A stretch of 64,000 nt of DNA from an uncultured archaeon (GTDB taxonomy: Archaea > Thermoproteota > Nitrososphaeria > Nitrososphaerales > Gagatemarchaeaceae), in assembly GCA_963799775.1 (NCBI GenBank), contig CAWCYD010000003.1, positions 1,984,001 to 2,048,000 on the forward strand, in the 5' to 3' direction. Below the pieces are notes generated by a model. The model did not search any database, was not told where the DNA came from, and was given only the letters and a program-made list of their open reading frames with translations. Below, piece after piece: positions 49,911-59,222 of the stretch; position 1 is the first letter of the stretch, and each line of letters starts with the position of its first letter. The position numbers and the translations under genes were made by a program.

Positions 49911-51227
49911 TACGCATTCGACTGATACATTGTCGAACATCTTTTGAGGAGCTTCCGATTTCGCCTCTATCCATCGTCGAAGCAGGAAGAAAGAATGCTC
50001 CGTGCGCTCGAGGCGTCAAGGAGACTCTGGAACGACGCTCTGGCCCATAGGAAAATGAGATGGCAGAACGAAAGGAAGTCGACCTCCTACAACCTGCAAG
50101 CATCGATACTCACCCTTGAACGACGGCAAGACCCATTTCTAGCAGATCTGTACTCGCAAGTCGGCCAAGATGTGCTCAGAAGGCTCGACAGGGCCTTCAG
50201 GTCATTTTTTGCTCATCGCACTAGTTTTCCAAAATTCAAGAAGCTCGGTCAGACAAGCTCATTCACGTATCCTCAGGCCTACCATGGATCGGCTCGACCA
50301 GATGCAGTTAGAAAACGACTCTTCCTATCAAAAATTGGGAACGTGAGGGCGGTCTTCCATCGGCTTATTCCAAGAGACTCTCAGTTGAAGACTTGCACTG
50401 TGATTAGGGAACCAGATGGGAAATGGTTTGCGTCGCTTGTCTTCGAGGAAATCGTGCCACTGCGGAATTCCGCCACCTTGCCGGTTCCAGTTCACCAACG
50501 GAGAATGCCTATTGGAATTGACCTAGGCCTGATGTCGTTGATCACAACATCAGAGGGCGAGACCGTGGAGCACCCACGCCTCTTGAGGAAGGCGGAGAAG
50601 CGTTTGGTGCTCCTGCAGCGTGCTCTATCAAAGAAGAAGATGTCCAGAAATCGATGCAAGGTCAGACACAGAGTGGCCTCTCAACACGCGAAGGTCAAGC
50701 GCGCGAGACTCGACTTCAACCAAAAGCTTTCCACCCGGTTGGTCAATCAGCACAGCTTCATCGCCTTCGAAGATCTCAAGGTAAGGAATATGGTCAAGAA
50801 CAACAGTTTGGCCAAGTCGATACAAGATGCGGGTTGGGGCCAACTCGTTGCAATGGCTGAATACAAGTCGTTGAGAACGGGTTCCCGCGTAGTGCGCGTC
50901 CCAGCAGCATATTCAACTCAGGAATGCTTCCATTGCGGCGCAATCAACAAAGTGGACCTTAGCGTCAGAGAGCTCATTTGCAACGGTTGTGGCCGCACCC
51001 TAAAGAGAGATCAGAACGCCGCAAGAGTTGTGCTGAAGCGCGGACTGGCCATCGCTGGCCTCGCCGTTCCAAAGGTAGGGCAGGACATGCCCGAACTCAA
51101 GCCTGTTGAGATGCGACCTCTACTCACCCAGACAACTGGAAGGGCAAGCTGTGTCAGTGAAATAGGAACTACACGCGCGGCAAACCGCGCTGGAAGCCCA
51201 CGCTCGAAACTAGTGGGAGGATGTCAC
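49911..51227 (+). mobile_element. IS1341-like tnpB-only element (left end uncertain)
   Basis: Right end GAAGCCCAC...GTGGGAGGATGTCAC (hairpin 51197-51217, TCAC 51224-51227); hairpin TTCGAC-N9-GTCGAA at 49917-49937 after TTTAA. Confidence 0.7.
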
Positions 51228-51260
51228 ATGTGGCAGAATCCGCTAACGGTGGGAACATAA
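49944..51260 (+). CDS. tnpB: TnpB RNA-guided nuclease (IS605/IS1341 type), intact
   Basis: FRFRLYP HTH, IGIDLGL, IAFEDL, STQECFHCG...CNGCG, RDQNAA. Confidence 0.95.
   Translation: MRSFRFRLYPSSKQEERMLRALEASRRLWNDALAHRKMRWQNERKSTSYNLQASILTLERRQDPFLADLYSQVGQDVLRRLDRAFRSFFAHRTSFPKFKKLGQTSSFTYPQAYHGSARPDAVRKRLFLSKIGNVRAVFHRLIPRDSQLKTCTVIREPDGKWFASLVFEEIVPLRNSATLPVPVHQRRMPIGIDLGLMSLITTSEGETVEHPRLLRKAEKRLVLLQRALSKKKMSRNRCKVRHRVASQHAKVKRARLDFNQKLSTRLVNQHSFIAFEDLKVRNMVKNNSLAKSIQDAGWGQLVAMAEYKSLRTGSRVVRVPAAYSTQECFHCGAINKVDLSVRELICNGCGRTLKRDQNAARVVLKRGLAIAGLAVPKVGQDMPELKPVEMRPLLTQTTGRASCVSEIGTTRAANRAGSPRSKLVGGCHMWQNPLTVGT
51070..51247 (+). ncRNA. Putative omegaRNA/reRNA of TnpB, guide read from flanking DNA after TCAC (5' boundary approximate)
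   Basis: Established TnpB architecture (RNA overlaps the gene 3' end and right end); region GTAGGGCAGGACATGCCCGAACTCAAGCCTG...TCAC. Confidence 0.5.
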
Positions 51261-51262
51261 TC

Positions 51263-51739
51263 TTGTCCAAGGCTCCCTCAGACCATCTCAGCGCGAAGGT
51301 GAAGGACTTCATGGAGGCTCCCCCGGTCCTCGTCAACGAGGACACCACGATAGACGACGCCGCCTCGACGATGTGGAACAAGGGAATAGGGAGCGTCATC
51401 GTCGTCGACAAGGACGGGAAGATGGCAGGGATCGTCACCGCGAGCGACATCATCTTCGCCGTGACAAAGTCGCTCATCGGGAGAGAGGTGCCCGTCTCGG
51501 GAATCATGTCGAAGACATCCATCATGGCCATCCCGAACGAGAGCGTCCTGACGGCGATCAACAGGATGATGAAGGAGAACGTGAGGCACCTCCCCGTAAT
51601 CGAGAAGAACGGAACGCCGGTTGGGATAATCTCGACGCGCGACACGATGAGCATAAGCGAGCCGCTCCTGAACTTCGTCTTCAAGTCGAAGAAGAAGCGA
51701 ACCGCCCCGAAGAAGCCCTCCAAGAGAACCAAAGCTTAG
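51263..51739 (+). CDS. CBS-pair domain protein
   Basis: KVKDFM, IGSVIVVD..GIVTASDI, VRHLPV..VGIISTRD. Confidence 0.92.
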   Translation: MSKAPSDHLSAKVKDFMEAPPVLVNEDTTIDDAASTMWNKGIGSVIVVDKDGKMAGIVTASDIIFAVTKSLIGREVPVSGIMSKTSIMAIPNESVLTAINRMMKENVRHLPVIEKNGTPVGIISTRDTMSISEPLLNFVFKSKKKRTAPKKPSKRTKA

Positions 51740-51805
51740 GTTCTGCTGCATCTTCGGAAGACGCGCCAAAGCTTAAACCCGATTGCTTCTTTCCCGGGAA
51801 TTCCC

Positions 51806-53647
51806 ATGTCCTCAGGCTCAACAGACCTCCCAGAGCTGGAGGCGAGGACGATGGAGGAAGTCAGAAGCTCCACGAGGTTCCTGCTAAAGTCTTTCAAGTC
51901 GAAGACCGACGAGCTCAGAAAGACGGCGGGCAAGGACGTCGGCAAGCTCCTCCGCTTCGGCGTCGACCAGGCCCGAGCCTGCTCGACAGCTAGGGAGTTC
52001 TTTGGGAAGGACTCGGTCGGCTACATGGCGGTCGACGGGACATTCTCGATCGACCAGAAGCTCGACCTGCTCGTCTTCTACGTAGGCGCTTTTGGCTACG
52101 CCGGCACTCTAGGCTTCGATGGCGACGAGATCAAAATCGGCGACCCGGCTCCCATGACAGGCTCGACCGCGGTCTCCGCGTCGATACCGCTCTCCGAGGA
52201 GGACGCAGCGACCGTCTTCGGGCGGAGGACGGAGGCAGGGACAGAAGTGGAGACCGAACGGCTGCCAAACGCGATCATGCACCTCGCGGAATACTACATC
52301 CCGCTAAAGGCGATCTCCGCAAACCCCGACCTAAGGGTGGTCCTGCTGGACAGGCCGCTTGCGGGCGACGTGGCCCACCTGGTATGGAGCACGCGAGACC
52401 TGGTCCATGACCACCTCTCCGTCCTTGAGGGCATGAAGACGCCCTCAGGGAAGGTGACGAACCTCGACCTCGAGCTCGCCAGGCTCCTTGTGGCGAACGA
52501 CGACCTGAAGATCCCCTCGCCGCGGAGCCAGCTCCTGAGGCTCGCAGCGCTCTCAATGCTCTTCGAGGGGCGGGAGCTGAGCGCCAGGGACATCCTCGAG
52601 AAGCTGGGGGTCGACGAGAGCCACCTCCCCGTACTCATGGATGAACCTGAGAGAGTTCGACTCCCAGCACCACGCCTTCGAGGGCGGCGTCACCGGGAAT
52701 GACGAGAAGCTCAAGCTCGCCGACGGCGTGGGAGACTACTGGGATCGGGCCTGACGGCGGCCTACGCCGTCGCCGACCACGTCTTCAACCCAAAGAGCGA
52801 CCACCCGCTAAGGTGGAAGTGTTCCGACGGCAAGGAGGGATGGATCACAGCCGACGACCTCGACTACATCGTTCTCGTCTTCGTACTCGAGCTCACGCGC
52901 AGAGCGTGGTCGGACAAGCTCCTTCCGATAGGCCTCACAAAGGACTCGGGCGCCGCCGAGCTCGTAAAGTCCGTCGTCCCGCTCCTCGTCAGCTCGAAGA
53001 CCGAGGAGATCGGAGCGCTTCCCAACTTCAACAGCGACAAGATGCTACTCCAGACGAACAGCGTGGTGAACGCTGCGCGCGTCCCCACGCCCTGGCACAC
53101 CATCGACATGGACGCGGCATTCAGGACCATGGTCCCCGTGCCCGACGACGCCCTCCCGAAGGGCGAGGCCAGGGTCAGGGGGGCCTATCGCAACGTCATC
53201 TACCCGGAGAGGATGTTCGTGAAGACCTACATCCAGCTCTGGAGCAGCGCGAACGACCCCACCGTGAGGAGCCACGTCTTCCCGTTCGACAGGCCCGCCT
53301 TCGCCGCCTACGACCACTGGGGCGACATCGTGATCCACAACCAGGACAACAGGCTCGACGAGCGTCTCTCTCCCATCCTGAACCTCGAGGAGTCGGAGAT
53401 GACCAACCTGGCGATGTCCATCCTCTACCTGATGTCGAGGGAGGCGGTCCCCGAGGCCCTGGGCCACAACTACCCGCTCTTCCTCGCCGACAAGAAGGCG
53501 AAGTTCGTCCTAAAGCAGAGCAAGAGCGCCTACCTCGGGGCGGTAGAGGTGGAGATGGCGAAGTCCGAGCTGGACCAGCAGGTCCTCTTCTCGCAGAGGT
53601 TCAGGGACTACCGAACCCAGGTCGAGGTCAAGAGGAGGGCGAAGTAG
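51806..53647 (+). CDS. Long NurA-family nuclease (frameshifts near 52643 and 52748)
   Basis: YMAVDGT, VLLDRPL, IGLTKDS in the middle frame, GHNYPLFLADKKAK. Confidence 0.8.
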
Positions 53648-53649
53648 AG

Positions 53650-55455
53650 CTGCCGATCTTCGACGACCTGGACGGCGAGTTCCAGGGCAAGCTCAGGGAG
53701 ATAGTCTCGACTACGAGGCAGACGGCCGACGGGAGCTCCACAGTCACCTTCAGCACGGCGGTGATAGAGTGCGACTACAACCCCAACGTCGTCAAGAAGC
53801 TCGCAGCCGGGGAGCTCATCGCGATCCCAAACGTCCAGACCCTGGGCACCGGCGACGTCTTCTCGGTCTACGAGATAGCCGACGTCTACCCGATGCACTA
53901 CTCTCAGCCCAACCTCGACAGGTCGCAGCCCGCGGCGATCCGCAAGGAGTTCATGGAGCTCATCGAGAGCGAGTGGAAGAAGGGCTCCAAGAGCACCTGG
54001 ATCGAGATGGTCGCCGCGCCGATAGGCTACGTCATGAGGACGTCGCCCGGCGGCATCACGTTCGAGAGGAAGCCCTACGCCCCCTTGGCCGGGAGCTCTG
54101 TGAGGCTCCTGAGCCGCGACTCCGTCGAGAAGCTCGTCTGCTACAAGGTCCCTGACGGGAGGAAGGCCGAGGACTACCGCTTCGGGAACCTCATGGGGGT
54201 CATCGACGACAAGATCCCTTTCACCGTCGACATCGAGAAGCTGATCCACTACCACGTAGGGATCTTCGCCTTCACCGGCTCGGGCAAGTCGAACCTCACG
54301 GCCACCGTCATCCGAAAGGCCCTGAAGGTCATCCCTGACCTCAAGGTCGTGATACTCGACGTCTCCTCAGAGTACGGGGTCCACATCCTCGACGTCCTCA
54401 ACGAGTACCCGAGCAAGGTGATCTTCACCGACTCGTTCGCCGAGTCGAAGCACCAGGCCGCCGAGTACTTCAAGCGGCACGTCTGCCCCGAGGCCCTGGC
54501 CGGGCTCCAGCCCGAGTTCGAGGCCAAGATAGAGAAGCTCTTCGACAAGAAGAAGATCGTGTTCGCGGAGCTCCCGATGGAGGGGAGCGAGGAGGTGGAG
54601 CGCTTCAGCACCTACGGGGGCCTGGTCGAGGTCCTGACGAACACGCTCAACGACAAGTACGGGGCCGTCCAACAGAAGATCTACGTCCCGCAGGTGATAA
54701 ACCGCATCAAGGAGTTCATGGCGGACGAGGGCTTCACCTCAGACACCAGGTTCAACTCCAAGACTGCCAAGCTCATCTCGCAGATCCAGACCCTGCTGGT
54801 CGACCTCCCCGCGAACAGCTCGCTGAAGAAGACCTTCGACGGCCTCGCAAAGGCCCTTGCGGACGCGTCGCCTGAGGAAGAGCTCCAGAAATCCCCCTGG
54901 GACACCCTCCCCGACGAGATCCTCTCCACCGAGAAGGACTCACCCCGCGTCTTCGTGATCAACCTCCCCGAGGCGGAGGACGCGAGGGGCCAGACGGCGG
55001 ACGTCATCGCGCGGGTCTTCCGGAAGAGGAAGAAGAGCTTCAGCCTCTCCCCGAAGGTCCTGTTCATCATAGACGAGGCCCAAGAGTTCATCCCCCAGGA
55101 CGCGAGGAAGGGGGACAACGCCTACGAGTCGAGCAGGGCGGTCGAGCGGCTGCTGAGGCACGGGAGGAAATACAACCTATTCTGCTGGGTGAGCACCCAG
55201 AGGATAGCCCACCTCAACACGAACGCCCTCCAGCAGCTCCACAGCTACTTCATCTCCACGATGCCCAGGCCCTACGACAGGCAGCTCGTCGCTGACACCT
55301 TCGCGATAGGGGACGCCTTCGTCGACAGGACGCTCGCCTTCCAGAACGGCGACTGGCTCATCACCAGCTTCAAGGCGACGGCGACCCAGAACATCCCGGT
55401 CTTCTTCCACGCCGAGAACAACGAAGATACCCTGCGCAAATACCTGGCTTCCTAG
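53650..55455 (+). CDS. HerA-family ATPase/translocase (probable CTG start)
   Basis: HVGIFAFTGSGKSN Walker A, FIIDEAQEF Walker B, RHGRKY, STQR; N-terminal HAS-like beta region. Confidence 0.88.
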   Translation: MPIFDDLDGEFQGKLREIVSTTRQTADGSSTVTFSTAVIECDYNPNVVKKLAAGELIAIPNVQTLGTGDVFSVYEIADVYPMHYSQPNLDRSQPAAIRKEFMELIESEWKKGSKSTWIEMVAAPIGYVMRTSPGGITFERKPYAPLAGSSVRLLSRDSVEKLVCYKVPDGRKAEDYRFGNLMGVIDDKIPFTVDIEKLIHYHVGIFAFTGSGKSNLTATVIRKALKVIPDLKVVILDVSSEYGVHILDVLNEYPSKVIFTDSFAESKHQAAEYFKRHVCPEALAGLQPEFEAKIEKLFDKKKIVFAELPMEGSEEVERFSTYGGLVEVLTNTLNDKYGAVQQKIYVPQVINRIKEFMADEGFTSDTRFNSKTAKLISQIQTLLVDLPANSSLKKTFDGLAKALADASPEEELQKSPWDTLPDEILSTEKDSPRVFVINLPEAEDARGQTADVIARVFRKRKKSFSLSPKVLFIIDEAQEFIPQDARKGDNAYESSRAVERLLRHGRKYNLFCWVSTQRIAHLNTNALQQLHSYFISTMPRPYDRQLVADTFAIGDAFVDRTLAFQNGDWLITSFKATATQNIPVFFHAENNEDTLRKYLAS

Positions 55456-55539
55456 TTCAGGTTTCCCGGTGAGACTTCTTGTGGGGCTGGGAGTTCCGCC
55501 AGCCCAAACCAGGACGTGACCGCGAGGACAGCGGAAGGG

Positions 55540-55755
55540 TTACGCCGCAGAGCCCAGATTTTGCATTTTACTCCTCGCCATCATCCTCGAAACCACCGAA
55601 AGGATGACCAACCCCACCGCAAGCAAGTAGCTCAGAAATCCTAGCAGTCCCATCCCACCGTAATTCGCAAGGCCGTTGAAGTAGAAGCCTGCGACCATCA
55701 AGATGACAGACACGCCGAGAAGGACCGAAATCCCAAAGTCCAGTCTATTCAACAC
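55540..55755 (-). CDS. Small two-TM membrane protein
   Basis: Two hydrophobic helices; GGAG upstream. Confidence 0.65.
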   Translation of the reverse strand: MLNRLDFGISVLLGVSVILMVAGFYFNGLANYGGMGLLGFLSYLLAVGLVILSVVSRMMARSKMQNLGSAA

Positions 55756-55764
55756 GGTATCTCC

Positions 55765-56461
55765 TCAGCCTGACCGTGGGTCGACCCCGTCGTCCCACGC
55801 GCGAAGCCTTTGTGTCGCGGAGTCCAAAACCTCGTCCCGGGCCTTTCGCCTGACCTCATCGAGGTTGATCCCCTTGCTGGTCGCCTTCTCGTCGATGATA
55901 TCTTTCAGAGACCTCAAAAGCTCCGGCTTCGCCCTGACCGTCTCCATGAACTCCGTCGAGAGCGACTTGTAGTCCTCGACGATGAGCGGCAGGAACAAGT
56001 CCCCCGCTGCCGAGGTGCCCATAAAAGACCGCAATCGTCCCCACCATCCCGAAGAACGTGTTGTAACGCTCCCTAAACTCTGCCCACCATCTCTTGGCCT
56101 CTTCCTCCCCAATGCTACCCGATTCTCGCATCGACTGCATCTGGGAGTGCAGCTTGGCGGTCACCTCCTTTGTCTTGTCGATGCTCATCATCAACGTGTA
56201 GCACTTGAACGTCACCCTGACCGGCTTCTCCTTCCTGAGCCCCCTTCCGCCGTTCCTCTCTAGGTAGCCGAGCTTGACGAGCCTATGCATCCTGACCGCG
56301 ACCGTGCTCCTCGAAGCGAACCCGCGCGCCCTCTCCACCAGCTCGTTGAAGCCGATTCCCTTCGCGCCCCCTTGGTAGATGACTTGGACTAGCTTCCTGT
56401 CCCGCGAGTCCAGCGGCTCGTCGGGGAAGCCGCTTTTCGCGAGCATCGCGGCGAAGCTCAT
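55765..56461 (-). CDS. Winged-helix domain protein (frameshift near 56017)
   Basis: IGFNELVERARGFASRSTVAVRMHRLVKLGYL; continues as GTSAAGDLFLPLIVEDY. Confidence 0.75.
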
Positions 56462-56594
56462 CGAGCGTTTCTTTGCCTATGCCGAAGATAAGAATAGTGG
56501 TCATACTCCTATACCAGTCCGTCGCGTCGCATGCGGAGTCCACCTAGCATAACGTTCCTTCTTGACCACAGCTACGTATCCGCCCTGAAACGGG

Positions 56595-57506
56595 CTACTT
56601 TGAGACGGAAAGCACCTTGAGGATGAGGCCTGTGTTCGCGTTCCCGGACGAAGTCTGAATCGAGGCTTGAAGGTTCTCGTACGTCACGAGGGTGAAGGAG
56701 CTTCCGGGAAGCGTCCCAATCTGGACCACGAAGTTGTGAATCGCCATGCTGCTGGCGCATATGGAGAAGGCAATGGGAGTAGCTGTCTCATCGTAGTTGG
56801 TGACGCTCAGGGTCGACGGTCCGAGGGTCACCGTCGTCTGGTTGACGATGTGGAAGGCAGGGGAAGACGTGAACTCGGTGAGGTTGGCCTGCTCCTGCAA
56901 CTCCACGGTGAACGCCGACATGAAGCCGGCAAAGGTGTCAGTCCCCTGCGAGCCGGTGATGTTCTGACCGAGCAAGCTCACATCGTTCACAGTCCCATTT
57001 GCTTGGACCCACGCGGTGAGGTTCTCGTTCATCGAGCCCGGCACCTGCTGGTTCACGCTGACTTGGTAGACTTTCGCCGGTCCCGAGCCCGAGGTGCCCA
57101 CGACCTGGTATGAGGAGACCAGCGCCATGGCGCCCGCAGGACTGACAGTCGAAATGGCCCCGGACGAGTTTGTCTGCAGCGAGATGGACATCTGCGAGAA
57201 GTTACCGAAGAGAGCCGCGTAGTTCGTGACAAGGCCGGGGTTGAGGGCGACGATGGAGCTAGCATTGAGCGTAGACGGCATCGACAGGGAAGGGCAGGAG
57301 GCGTTCATGCTCGAAGCCGAGCTCGTAGAGGCGGTGGGCACTGCGCTGGAGGAAACGGTGGTGCTCGTGCTCAAAACGGTAGGGGTGCTCGAGACAGTGC
57401 TACTTGCCCCCGCGGTCAAGACGAAGTAAGCGGCCGCCCCGACAATCAAAACTACAACTATCCCTGCTCCTACTGCTGCGGCCGCGCCCAAAGCGCTCCG
57501 ACGCAT
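56595..57506 (-). CDS. Membrane-anchored secreted hypothetical protein
   Basis: RRSALG signal plus TM, Ser/Thr linker, beta-rich domain. Confidence 0.75.
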   Translation of the reverse strand: MRRSALGAAAAVGAGIVVVLIVGAAAYFVLTAGASSTVSSTPTVLSTSTTVSSSAVPTASTSSASSMNASCPSLSMPSTLNASSIVALNPGLVTNYAALFGNFSQMSISLQTNSSGAISTVSPAGAMALVSSYQVVGTSGSGPAKVYQVSVNQQVPGSMNENLTAWVQANGTVNDVSLLGQNITGSQGTDTFAGFMSAFTVELQEQANLTEFTSSPAFHIVNQTTVTLGPSTLSVTNYDETATPIAFSICASSMAIHNFVVQIGTLPGSSFTLVTYENLQASIQTSSGNANTGLILKVLSVSK

Positions 57507-57580
57507 GACGGTCCAATATGGAGCGCGACTATTAAGCTGGCACCCAACTTCTCGCCGTCGGCCGAGCAGCAGCCCACGAG

Positions 57581-58108
57581 CTAGCGACCGAACTTCTCTA
57601 CGACATCCCTGATGACGTTCATATTCCGGGTGGTCGTCTTGACCTTTAGCTTCGACTCTATGAACCGGTTCGGCAGTGCTCCCTCTCCTCCCCCGTGCGT
57701 CGCGCTGAAGACCTCCGAACCCTTGGCCGCGATGACCTTGGCCGTAGACTTTGGGATGGTGAGCGGAAGCTCTGGCGCAAACTTGGTCGTAGGGGGCAGG
57801 AAGGTCACCAGGAAGTCGCCTTCTTTGACGCCTTTGAACGGATCGCTCTCGACCAACCTCTTCAGGTCGCCGAGCTTTCGGACGAAGACGAATACCTCGT
57901 AGCCGAGCGCCTTCTTGAGCCCGGCCTCGAGCCCGTCGCGAACAACATCCTCGCTTGGCTCGTCCGACTCGAAAATTACGTTGCCGCTCTGACGAAACGT
58001 CTCCACATCCCGAAACCCGAGTTTCCTGAACGCCTCTACGAGCGTCTCCTTCTTGACAACACGGCCGCCCACGTTGATGCCTCGAATGAAGGCGATGAAG
58101 CGTGTCAT
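57581..58108 (-). CDS. DUF1697 family protein
   Basis: FIAFIRGINVGG, VETFRQSGNVIF, TTRNMN. Confidence 0.9.
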   Translation of the reverse strand: MTRFIAFIRGINVGGRVVKKETLVEAFRKLGFRDVETFRQSGNVIFESDEPSEDVVRDGLEAGLKKALGYEVFVFVRKLGDLKRLVESDPFKGVKEGDFLVTFLPPTTKFAPELPLTIPKSTAKVIAAKGSEVFSATHGGGEGALPNRFIESKLKVKTTTRNMNVIRDVVEKFGR

Positions 58109-58196
58109 TGAATTCCCCAATCGCGCCCTCCTGGCAGGATTTTTCCTTTTGGGTTGACCCGAAGCCTTAATCTGAGACTGCGGCTCCTTAGAGGCC

Positions 58197-58592
58197 ATGC
58201 TCAAGAAGGAAGAGGTCGCGAAACTCAGGGCGAAGCTAAGCGCGGAGCAACACGACGTCTGCGTCAACAAGGGGACGGAGGCGCCCTTTACCGGCGAGTA
58301 CTGGGACAATCACGCCGAGGGAGTCTACAAGTGCGCGGTCTGCGGAGCAGAGCTCTTCGACTCGAAGACAAAGTTCGAGTCCGGCACGGGCTGGCCCAGC
58401 TTCTGGCAGCCCCTCAAGAAGGAGAACGTGGAGGCGAAGGACGACTACAGCTTCGACATGCACAGGGTCGAGGCGGAATGCAAAGTCTGCGGCAGTCACC
58501 TCGGCCACGTCTTCGACGACGGGCCTGCGCCCACCGGGATGCGCTACTGCATCAACTCGGCTTCCTTGAAGTTCGAGAAACAAAATCGTTAA
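58197..58592 (+). CDS. msrB: Peptide-methionine (R)-S-oxide reductase
   Basis: GTEAPFTG, KFESGTGWPSF, HLGHVFDDGP, RYCINSASL. Confidence 0.97.
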   Translation: MLKKEEVAKLRAKLSAEQHDVCVNKGTEAPFTGEYWDNHAEGVYKCAVCGAELFDSKTKFESGTGWPSFWQPLKKENVEAKDDYSFDMHRVEAECKVCGSHLGHVFDDGPAPTGMRYCINSASLKFEKQNR

Positions 58593-58617
58593 AGAGACTG
58601 GGGCGGCGTGACAGCCG

Positions 58618-58953
58618 ATGAGCTCATCCCTCTCTGCCCAGAACGGCGACACCATCTCGGTGCACTACCTCGGGAAGTTCCCGGGAGGCAAGGTCTTCGA
58701 CACCAGCATGCGCAACGAGGCAGAGAAGGCGGGTATCTTCAACCGGGCCAGAGACTACAAGCCCCTCCAGGTCGTCCTGGGTAGGCACGAGGTCATCCCC
58801 GGTTTCGAGGAGGCGCTCGTCGGGATGAAGATCAACGAGACGAAGGAGGTCACCATACCTCCAGAGAAGGCCTACGGCAGGACTGGGAGCCATCAGATGG
58901 CGGGAAAGACGCTCCAGTTCAGGCTCCTCGTCACCAACATCAAGCGACCGTAG
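58618..58953 (+). CDS. Short FKBP-type peptidyl-prolyl isomerase
   Basis: GDTISVHYLG..GKVFDTS, VIPGFEEAL, IPPEKAYG, GKTLQF. Confidence 0.92.
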   Translation: MSSSLSAQNGDTISVHYLGKFPGGKVFDTSMRNEAEKAGIFNRARDYKPLQVVLGRHEVIPGFEEALVGMKINETKEVTIPPEKAYGRTGSHQMAGKTLQFRLLVTNIKRP

Positions 58954-58972
58954 AACGCGACTAACATCAGGC

Positions 58973-59015
58973 AATCACATCTGGTGATTACTAGAGGTGA
59001 ACTGAGTATATACTC
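58973..59015. promoter_or_regulatory. Two palindromes, one spanning the TATA box of the ABC exporter operon
   Basis: AATCAC-N5-GTGATT (58973-58989) and perfect GAGTATATACTC (59004-59015). Confidence 0.5.
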
Positions 59016-59051
59016 TTAGGGCCTTCCTCTCCCCGATTGTGAATTGATGCG

Positions 59052-59222
59052 ATGTTCCGAAGACCCCAGAGAGAGCGAGAGACCGAGGCGGTGCGCTCGA
59101 GCGACGCCGCGTCCTATCTGTCGGCAATCAACCTCAACAGGGCCGATCCCTTCACGTGGGCCTGCGTCGCCGAAATAAGGATAAGAAGCGGAGCGGAACC
59201 CCGAGGCGAAGAGTCATGGTAG
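59052..59222 (+). CDS. 56-aa small ORF leading the ABC exporter operon
   Basis: MFRRPQRERETEAVRSSDAASYLSAINLNRADPFTWACVAEIRIRSGAEPRGEESW; stop overlaps next start (ATGGTAG). Confidence 0.5.
   Translation: MFRRPQRERETEAVRSSDAASYLSAINLNRADPFTWACVAEIRIRSGAEPRGEESW

Noticed and set aside
52699-53649. 918-aa HerA with long N-terminal extension, or NurA-HerA fusion
   Set aside because: The extension is a shadow frame over nurA; nurA has its own stop at 53645-53647
55480-55506. tRNA or structured RNA after herA
   Set aside because: Only a single GGGCTGG/CCAGCCC hairpin between convergent genes; no cloverleaf, more likely a terminator-type element
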